Of a stretch of 64,000 bases of DNA, positions 54,596-64,000 are shown in pieces. The stretch is from NCBI RefSeq assembly GCF_006345805.1, contig NC_043001.1:120962001-121026000 (forward strand), in the 5' to 3' direction. Numbering within the stretch: the first letter of the stretch is position 1; each line of letters opens with the position of its first letter. The notes under the pieces are model-generated. The model was given only the letters and a program-made list of their open reading frames with translations, did no database searches and was not told the DNA's origin. The translations under genes and the position numbers were made by a program. Source of the DNA: Octopus sinensis. Taxonomy: Eukaryota.

Positions 54596-54802
54596 TACTC
54601 TTTTACTTGTTTCAATCATTTGACTGTGGCCATGCTGGAGCACCACCTTTAGTTGAACAAATCAACCCCAGGACTTATTCTTTGTAAGCCTAGTAGTTAT
54701 TTTATCGGTCTCTTTTGCCGAACCGCTAAGTTACGGGGACGTAAACACACCAGCATTGGTTGTCGAGCGATGTTGGGGGGACAAACACAGACACAAACTT
54801 AT

Positions 54803-54855
<53 letters not shown>

Positions 54856-55016
54856 TATAATATATATATATATATACATAAATACAATAGGCTTCTTTCA
54901 ATTTCTGTCTACCAAATCCACTCATAAGGCTTTGGTCGGCCCGAGATGCCACGCAGTGGGACTGAACCCAGAACCATGTGGTTGGTAAGCAAACTACTTA
55001 CCACACAGCCACTCCT
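54596..55016 (-). mobile_element. tRNA-SINE (second family) with internal microsatellite
   Basis: Reverse complement of the copy at 63147-63542. Confidence 0.85.
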
Positions 55017-55902
55017 AAGAATTTTTTTTTTTTTTTTTTTCCTAAATATGCAGAAAAATACAGACATTATGATTCAGACAAAAATTTCAAAACATTTCTG
55101 TAGGTACAGTTAAGGTTAGTGTTGGGGGTAAAAAAGTCAAAATTGAAGAATTTGGGTGGGAAAAGGGGGAAAAAATTGACAATGCCAATTTGGGGCAATT
55201 TTCCCGAATCTGTGTATCTGAAAACGGGGTGGTTTGGGCAAAAAAAATTTTTTTTAATAAACAAATTTGGGAGAAAAGAGTGGGGGGGGGGGACGGAAAT
55301 CTTTCCCAGATTTTCAAGTAAAAAATACTTTCAGTGTGTGTCGTAATGCTTCCTAATCTCAATTGTTTATTTTATATTTAATCGTTAACATAAAACAGTT
55401 TTATCTTTTAATGCTTAATTATCAATTAAAAAATAAAGGACCAGCAAATGTCTAATGACGCTTTAAAAAACAAAAGTATTCAATAATGTAAGTACAATAA
55501 ATTAGGTCAGCAGTTTTGTCATGCTCATCAGTACTATCTTTAGGCAAGATTCTAGAGGCCCAATTCTGATCCATATATTCTGTGGCTTGCAGTTAAATAC
55601 TGTAGCGTTTTGATTTACCCAGGAAACTATAATGCTGCTAAAACAGCTCTGGTGCTTATCTTAATTTCACATATTGTATCTTACACTACAATATCCCATG
55701 TGTTCTGTCCCTTTTTCTAGGATGGCAGGGATGTGTTATAAGGAAGACTGAACTACTGTTTCCAACAAGTTGAGCAAACTAATTCCATTGAAATTTCCTT
55801 ATGGTGTCAATGATGGCTATGATATTGAGTGCTGATGGTCAAGTCTGAAGATCATAAAAACAGGAATTTATCCATCGTTGCGAAGAAAAAAGGATATACA
55901 GG

Positions 55903-56158
55903 TTATAACGGGAATTTTGCGCGTTTTTTCCCCGAGCTCATCCGTGGAGTTAAGTGACTGACCACTGGTGATATGTAATGCTTTTCATTGGGACAGTACA
56001 ATTTTGTGTGTGCTGTCCTACCGGTGGCTCCACAACTGGGACAGATGTATTTCTGCAGGACAGGGCATGTCACATTTCCTTTCTGATCCTTAAGGTTGTG
56101 TGTTGAATAAAATTCTTTCTGTTCACCATTCTTGCGACAGAAGACACAAGATAAATCT
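55903..56158 (-). CDS. nanos: Nanos, terminal coding exon with the tandem CCHC zinc fingers
   Basis: Exact CX2CX12HX10C-X7-CX2CX7HX4C pattern (CVFC..H..CPVL..ICPSCGATG..AHT..YCP); C-terminal TPRMSSGKKR; acceptor ccttttttag| at 56159; stop 55903-05. Confidence 0.96.
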
Positions 56159-56224
56159 CTAAAAAAGGTAAAAAGGAAAATAAACTCAGTTAAGACTGCA
56201 ATATTTGAAGGAAATAAATAAACA

Positions 56225-56500
56225 ACCAATGCCTTGTGAGTGAATTTGGTCAATGGAAATTTTGTGTGTGTATATGTGTGTTTGTTTCCACCCCACCCCA
56301 CCCCACCACTTAATAACTGGTGTTGGTTTATTTACATCCCTGTAACTTAGAAGTTTGGCATAAGAGACTAATAGAATAAGTATCAGATTTAAAAATAAGA
56401 ACTAAGTGTTGGGAGGGAGTAATCTGTCTGACTAAAACCCTTCAAAACAGTGCTCTAGAATGGCTGCAGTCCAATGACTGAAACAAGATGTAAGATAAAA
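56225..56500 (+). mobile_element. Decayed SINE (second family) inside the nanos intron
   Basis: gccttgtgagtgaatttgg...gtaacttag...ggctgcagtccaatgactgaaacaag. Confidence 0.7.
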
Positions 56501-57094
56501 TCCTCAAATGTGGAAAAATATGCATTATAATGTTTAGCCCAGTCATCTCTCATGTTAATTAAAAGGCAATTAGGCAGACTTATAATCAAAAGTATTCATA
56601 AATTGTGACCCTTCCAATTTTTTTTTTTGCAAGACAGTATGCTGTGATGAGGAAAATTTGGCTATTATTTCTAGCAGGTTGAGCAACTGCAGAGAGGCTC
56701 CCTCTCTAGCTTGATGCATTTCAATGAACTTGGTTGGTAATAAAAATTCGTTTTTAAATTAAGTTTACTCTGAAATAATTTTAGTTCACTGCCAGATATA
56801 TAAATTATTTTGGATGTAGAACTTTTACCATTCCTCTATTCCTGAACTGATATCTGTATTTTTCAGATATTTAGATTGGTGGGGGTACAATATGACTCAC
56901 TTAGTACAAGGTAATGCACTAAATGAGGAGATAGGGAATTCAAAACTCAGCAAAAGTCAAAGCTTGTGAGTAATTCAATTCAATCTTGCAAAAGCTTTCA
57001 CTTTTACTGGGAGGTGGAGTGTATTCCTCGCCGTTGCCATCTATAGCATTGCTTTCAAAAAAAGCTGTTTGAACTCTAATTTTGTTCGGCAATT

Positions 57095-57125
<31 letters not shown>

Positions 57126-57160
57126 CTCTCTCCCCATCTCCCTCTGCATCTCTCTCCCCA

Positions 57161-57215
<55 letters not shown>

Positions 57216-57443
57216 CTGCAGCAAGAGAGCAGTGATAAAATAAGTGTTTATGTTCTTCCAGGAATAAAAAGATACAAGGGAAGTGATGTTACTACACCCA
57301 GGGTTGATTACTAATACCAATCAACATCACTCATTATGATATATAATTTAGGAAACAACATCTGTGGATTGACCAAATAAATCATTAGAACATTTACCAT
57401 AGGAACATTGGACAAAAATGCTTTGTGATATCTGTTCCAGCCC

Positions 57444-57665
57444 TAAAGGCTGCAAGCTGACTGGATAGTTAGCACACCAGGCAAAATGCTTAGTAGCATT
57501 TCATCTGTCCTTACATCCTGAGTTCAAATCCTGCCAGGGTCAACTTTACCTTTCATCCTTTGAAGTCCATAAAATATGTACCAATCGAACACTGGGGTCG
57601 ATGTAATTGATTTAGCCCCTCTCCTGAAATTGCTGGCCTTGTGCCAAAATTTGGAACTTATATTT
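57444..57665 (+). mobile_element. CORE-type SINE, followed by further SINE fragments (~57680-57990), inside the nanos intron
   Basis: gagttcaaatcctgccagggtcaactttacctttcatcc...; ttgagcaaaatacttcacttcacattgctccagttcactcagctgtaaatgggtaacc. Confidence 0.7.
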
Positions 57666-58310
57666 GTTCTAGCACTATCCACCAAGGTCAATTTTCCCTT
57701 TCATCCCTCTGAGGTCAATAAAATTAAGCACTAGTCAAATGTTGCAGTTAATGATATCGATTAAGCCCCTCCCTTCCAAACTGTACTCATGATTAAAAGA
57801 TCATGGTTTTGATTCCCAGACCAGCAGTGCATTGAGTTCTTGAGCAAAATACTTCACTTCACATTGCTCCAGTTCACTCAGCTGTAAATGGGTAACCCTG
57901 CAACAGACTGGTATTCTATTCAAGGGAATGTGGGCTTCCCCACCTAACTGGCAGGGGTGGCATCATTTGAAAGCTACAATGCAAGGAAGTGCTTCATGAC
58001 CATTAGTGAATAACAACATCCAATTTTTTAGTCAATACTGTGATACAGTGATCATTAATAATAATTGTTTGATGTGTTACATCACTATGTATTTGCATTC
58101 ACTTATACAACATTCCTATTTCTCTCTAGAATTTTTTCTTTAGGTAAAATTGCCATGAGAGAAATGAAAGAATTGCAAGTGATTTTTGTGTCATCCTACT
58201 AAATTGGATGAATAAAATCAAATGTTTTCATTATTTTAGCCCCAGTATATCTTATATCTTCCTGGGTTTACAGAAAAAAAATTAGAAAAAATGTTTATTA
58301 AATAATTTAC

Positions 58311-58564
58311 CTTAATTTGTATGGTTCATTGGATGCCTGATTACGAAATTTATTCTTTTTGTTCTTAATACTATCACCATCATCATGGCAATCATTATCA
58401 TGCTGATCATCACCATCACTGACATCATGCTTACTGTGTCTCTCTTGAAAAATATTCTTTATTTTGGACTCTTCTGAAGGGCTTGGTTTCTTAAACTTGA
58501 TGTCAACATCAACAAGTAATTTTTCAGACAACAAATACTGCCTGGACTCAAATTTCATTTCTCT
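58311..58564 (-). CDS. nanos: Nanos upstream coding exon (likely start ATG at 58558)
   Basis: Acceptor ttattatcag|, open frame (RE)MKFESRQYLL...EPYKL, donor AG|GTAAAT in phase 2, matching the phase of the zinc-finger exon (KL-R-DLSCVFC). Predicted 167 aa from the ATG. Confidence 0.75.
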
Positions 58565-58879
58565 CTGATAATAAGAGAAACACAAACAAAACATCAGTTT
58601 TATGCAATTATGTAGATTGAAATGTTCAAATTCCTGTTCACCAGACATAATAATACTTCTGAGCTTATTCTATACAGATTCACTACAACTTATCAGAAAA
58701 GGTTAAAAAAGGAGACAAGGAGCAGGTATAGAATTCAAGTAAAGAAAGACTGCTATAAAAACTAGAAGTATATGCACAGTACACAGTGTACACACAGTAC
58801 ACAATAAAACACAGAAATAGAGGAAAGTGAACATTAAAAGAGTCATAAAAAGCAAGGATAACTAGGCATATCATGAATG

Positions 58880-60110
58880 AGTAGTGTTGGTGAATTCTGG
58901 AAAGCTAAGAGTTTAAAAGGATATAGTGCCCTAACAGTTAACAATAGATGTAGGGAGTCCATAGTTCAACAATTCTGAACATGAAAGAAATGTTTCCAAA
59001 AGTCATGGGTGCTGGACTGTGCTTTGATTTTATAAGCATGCCTGTGGGTGGTACGATGTATTGAATTCAAAAAGGTGGTCGAAGTTGTTGGAAAGAGGAT
59101 CATTAATCATTAAAAGCAAACTTTTATGTATCAATGCCTGATCCCTGGAGAAGATATGTTTAATGACTGACAGAGGGTGTTTGTCTGGTTACATGTCTCT
59201 GGACAGGTTCCAGCAGATCAATATGCTGGAGAAGATAGGGATTCTAGACAGGAGATGCAAAGATGTGAAAAAAACCATACAGAGCTTTAAATAGCTGGTG
59301 AGTGACAAAGGTCTAAATGAGTCATGCACCTTCAGTCTTTTCCATGATTTTAGAAATGTGGTTCATTCAATGCAGATTATTATTGACAATAAATCTTAAG
59401 TCATGTTCACCAGCAGACTTCTTAAGGTTGGTTATGTGGAGGGAGGAAATAAATTCTGGGTTTTTTTCTCCTTAAATGTATAGTGGCGTACTTGTCTACA
59501 GCCAGTTTGAGCTATCAGTTAGCAGCCCATTGCTGCATTGAGTTCAGGTCAGATTGCAGAAAAGGTCTGTAGCATACAAGATCCGTTCTTTTTATTGCAA
59601 GCAATAGTGTAATGTCTGCATTTCAACACAGTAACATGCTTCATCATCATCATTGGCATATATTTCATTATTGTATGCAACAAATAAGAGAACCTAGAAC
59701 AGATCTCAGCAGGATACCAGATGTCATTTCGGAATGTGCAGTATGTTGTCCTAGTACAATGACTACATTTTTTTGACTGACAATGAAGGACATCAACCAA
59801 TTAGCCTCCACACCCATAGCAAAAAGCTTCGCCATTAGTCATTTATGCAGTATAAGATTCTAGGCTTTGGCATAGTCAAGATTGATAGCATCATCTATGA
59901 ACCACTATCTGTAACTCAGATAGAATCTTCAAGAAATTTGACGAAATGGTTACAGTAGCTGGAGTTAGTGAAAAACAAAACTGTGAGTGTTGAATAAGGT
60001 TATAAGAAGTCCAGAAGTTCCCGAGTGTCTCTGACATAAAACTCCCATCAGTTTGACAATACATTGAGACAGACGTGAATGGTAATTGACAGCTGATATG
60101 CCATTATCCT
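58880..60110 (-). mobile_element. Old, heavily decayed CR1/L2-type LINE RT remnant
   Basis: Frames read EMTSGILLRSVLG and LQSDLNSMQQWAAN, relics of SGVPQGSVLG and LQ.DL..L..W. Confidence 0.6.
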
Positions 60111-60225
60111 TTCTGAATAGAAGAATAATGCTGAGAAGAGATAGTTACACCCTATCTTGCTTTTTCAATTCCTATCAACAAAAACATTCCACTTATGAGC
60201 AACCTGAACCTGAACCAAACTTTAA

Positions 60226-60445
60226 CCCTTTAGTGTTCAGATTACTCTGTCAAATGTAATACATTCTTAGTCCAACTGTTTTGAATTAATCATGCTTTAT
60301 CTCATAGCATTAAGATTTCAATGATGTGATTGTTAACTTTCACTATGACATTGTAAGGTAGATGTGAGAGGCCAGATCTGACCAGTCTGAACATAAAACA
60401 GGGAGAATATTTAGGCCAGATATGGCTGGTTTAAATATTAAAGGG
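60226..60445. mobile_element. piggyBac-type MITE with TTAA TSD
   Basis: ttaa|ccctttagtgttca ... taaatattaaaggg|ttaa. Confidence 0.75.
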
Positions 60446-63146
60446 TTAAACTCAACTCTAACTTTAAAGCCTAACTGAACACAAGAATTCAGTCAATAAT
60501 GAATTAATGACTGAATATTCCCATTCTCATGGCTGAGGATTGGGAAGTCTCAGACACAACTGTCATTTCATTGCATCTTTAGGCCATAAATTCTCTTCCA
60601 ACCCAATTTATTCTAGGGGTTAACTCCCTCAGTTACAAGCAGAGTTTTAAGCTTGGTATAATCATTGTCTTAGTCTGGCTGCTTTCTAGGACTGCTGAGC
60701 CCAGGCAGCTTGCCCAGTTCTACTGCCAGTTTTCTACTCACCCAATTCTACTGCCAACACAGTAGTGCCTTCTCCTAGATACATGTTAAAACAAAAACTA
60801 TGGTGTACCTTACTCCCAGTGATCTTACAGTGATCAGAACACAAACTCAGAATTCCTAAGTTCCTGTGCTATTGCTAGACAGTCAATGACCTTACACTGG
60901 ATTCATTAGTATTTTGGCAGATACTGGGTAGGGGGTTCCTGCTGGTTTCTAACAACTTTCCTCACCAAGCAAGCTTGGTGGTGGCTAACTGTTGATATGT
61001 ATTGTAAACTGTAGTAAATTTTATTGAATCAGACTGCCAAATACTCTGAAAAATTTCTGTTTCAGATTTAAAGTCTGAAGGACACAACAGATAATGTAGT
61101 CCCAAGATAAATTCTCCCTAAAAAAAAGAGAGAATGATTATGGAGGAATTTCTTCAACCATATGTCTGTCTGCCTAATCAAGGGTGATGTTGGTCTAAAT
61201 GCCAGCAACCTATTCTTGATGTAAAATATGAAAATCAAGATGTACTTACTCGTTTAATGCTGGTAAACGGTAATGCTGGTGATAGACAAGAGCTGTAAAT
61301 AGATAGATAAGTACACCTTATATACAATAGTATATATAACAATGTATGCATTGTTGATGCTCTTCAATTTTTTCCCCTCAAGCATCAAGATTTTGGATCA
61401 TGCATGGAAAAAATCACAGGAAAAACTTACAGAAAAATTCACAGGAAAATTTCAATAAATGACTTGATTTTTATGCTTTTTCTTATTTAGAATTAAAACA
61501 AGTTTTGTTTCTTTCTGCCCTCTGAGTAGTGTTTATGTTATGTGTATGTATGCACAATAGACATACAGTAACAAGGACACAGCACTGCAGATATCACAAA
61601 TGGTGATGAAAGGATTCTGGCAAACTGTCTGCTTGATTGAACAAGAAATTAGTCAACCAAATGAACTGAGTGATTAAAAAAATAATGATAAAAAGTAAAA
61701 TAAAACCAATGCCTGCGTTTTATTGGCAAAATTATTCTCCATAAGGTATATCTGTTTCAGTATGATTTCACACTAAGAATCTTGTAAAACAAATACAGAA
61801 ACTACACACACACATGCATGCATGCACGCACACATGCACACCAGTATAGATAGATATTTAATAACATAGATGAATAAGACAAAAAAAATCATAAAATTGC
61901 CTGTGGCTCTTACAATTAGGACTTACATTAAGTAGCTATGATATGCTAAAAATCTATCAACAGGCATCTGAGTCCACACAGTATTCAGAGTATGGTGTTA
62001 TATATTTCATAGTATAAGACAAAAAACAGTACTGAATCCCATACAGCTGTGGGGATTCGAACATCATGTCTACTCTAAACTGTACAGCTGTACTAATCAC
62101 TGTATGTTTTTATACGTATTTACTACATTGTCCCAAATGACACTTTTAATGTGAGATGGTATGGCGTGGTTTGAGGGAAATTTGACTACTTATATTAGAT
62201 TAAGTTAAGGTGGTTTTTGTTCATTTGGATATGAATTATATAAGGTGGCTTTCAAGCAAATTCTGCTTTGTCCCCTTCATCAATTTTGTATTTATTGTCT
62301 TCCGTTTTTGGCCAATGTTGTGAATGTGGATTGTAACCGAAGTATCAATTTCTGTGTTTGAAAGTAAATGCTGAAATCCATCAATTTCACCCAATTCTAC
62401 TAAGCACAGTCTATTTATGTGACAAACTGACCAAACTATATTACCAGATGTAATATTTTGTAGAATTATTGGCAGCAAGCTATGACCTGTTCCACATGTT
62501 ACTGACAAATACCCTGCAAGATAGGCTGCAATGGACCAACAATCTGCTGTACATAGTTATGATGATAGTCAACAATGGTGTCACATTTGCATTCAGTTTA
62601 ACTGATCAACTGGTAAACCTTCTATGAATGTTTAGTCTCCAAGAACTTTTCATTGATTGTGTTTCTTCTCTCCATGCATAAGCTCATGATCAATCTGAAA
62701 TATAAAAGACTATGCATTTGGAGACCAACAGGTATTCATTGATCTAATCATATCAAATTATTCTTGATAATGTGAACCCAGTTTGTCATGCATTCAATGA
62801 AAATACCAATATTCACCACTGCTTCTCTATTTAAGTATTTATTGAACCAGTGCCACATAATTTGCTGTAATTATATTCACAGAGGGTTTTGAGCTGGCTT
62901 GCTTTGTGCAAGCCTTCAGGAAAGTGATAGACTCATTTTTTGTGAGTTCCCTAGCACAATACCAATACCTTGTCAAAAGTTTGTTAAAGTGCGTCTATTA
63001 ATGAACTTTGTTCAGATGAGCATCATACTGTCAATCGTGACATTTTGTTACTCCTGTGACTGGATCACAGACACAAAAAACATTGAGCAAAATTCCAGTC
63101 CCTCTGTGAATTAGTTGCTGGGAAAGCTCTTTTAAATTTTTCTTAT

Positions 63147-63542
63147 AGGTGCAGGAGTGGCTGTGGTAAGTAGCTTAGCAACTACATGGTTCCAGGTTCA
63201 TTCCCACTGCATGGCACCTTGGGCAAATGTCTTTTACTATAGCCTTGGGCCAACCAAAGCTTTGTGAGTGGATTTGATAGATGGAAACTGAAAGAAGCCC
63301 ATTATATATATGTATATATATATATGTGTGTGTGTATATGTCTGTGTATCCGTGTTTGTCCCCCCAACATCACTTGACAACCAATGGTAGTGTGTTTACG
63401 TCCATGTAACTTAGCGGTTTAGCAAAAGATCGATAGAATAAGTTCTAGGCTTCCAAAAGAATAAGTCCTGGGGTTGATTTACTTGACTAATGGCGGTGCT
63501 CCAGCATGGCTGCAGTCAAATGACTGAAACAAGTAAAAGAGT
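63147..63542 (+). mobile_element. Full-length tRNA-SINE (second family) with internal microsatellite
   Basis: aggtgcaggagtggctgtggtaag head, ggttcattccc B box, tail tggcggtgctccagcatggctgcagtcaaatgactgaaacaagtaaaaga. Confidence 0.88.
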
Positions 63543-64000
63543 AGGTTTAGTTTAAAATTTATTACTTAATAAATATTATTTAATTTTTGAAGAATTCAGA
63601 AATGTTATTTACTATCATGAATGAAATCTGCTGATTTTGTTGTCAGATGCAATAATTGACAAAAATATATTTAAAGTGATGAAAGCATAAAATACATTGA
63701 TGTAAATTCATTGGAAGCAGAAACCAAAAAATTAATGACTTGTCATGAGGAGACTTATCCAATGCCTGAACTTGTTATCAACAATGTATATTGACAATCA
63801 AACATTGTAAAGAATGGAAACTTTGCTGTTTTTATTGATTTACTATTCCCAAATCTACACAGAATGGAACGGGCATGCTGTTTATGACGTGGCACTTTAA
63901 GACTTTCAGACAATAAATGAATGACTCAATGTCCATCAGAGCTTTTCCATAAAATACTGAAAGAATTTGACGCATTTTTGAAATGGTGAAAGGAAAAAGT

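Noticed and set aside
56940-57320. 126-aa minus-strand ORF in the nanos intron as an extra nanos exon
   Set aside because: It spans a (GA)n tract, and no splice sites keep it in frame with the flanking exons.
62230-63110. Stretch with protein-like minus-strand translation (…RYWYCARELTKNE…, ORF 62236-62508)
   Set aside because: Many stops and no confidently recognised domain; a tBLASTx/HMM search would be needed.

Overview
AT-rich, microsatellite-laden animal genomic DNA; the repeat families suggest an octopus or other coleoid cephalopod (inference). Two host genes are supported, both on the minus strand. One is the first coding exon of an eIF4E class-III gene (EIF4E3, 31459-31679). The other is a two-exon nanos gene (58311-58564 spliced in frame to the zinc-finger exon 55903-56158). 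The rest is mostly transposon debris: CR1- and RTE-type LINEs, Penelope-like elements, Tc1 (DD34E, IR/DR), maT (DD37D), pogo (DD35D), hAT, a Helitron fragment, many tRNA-derived SINEs and several MITE/fold-back elements. The main unexpected signals are: (i) two ORF-poor inverted-repeat elements whose arms each carry a type-I hammerhead ribozyme motif pointing outward (4301-4826 and 38495-40136); (ii) a palindrome made of two RTE 3' tails (600-1058); (iii) an antisense 18S rRNA fragment inserted in a LINE ORF (8271-8406); (iv) a hierarchical tandem array in an RTE 3' UTR. All alignments, identities and folds were done by eye, and boundaries of decayed elements are approximate.
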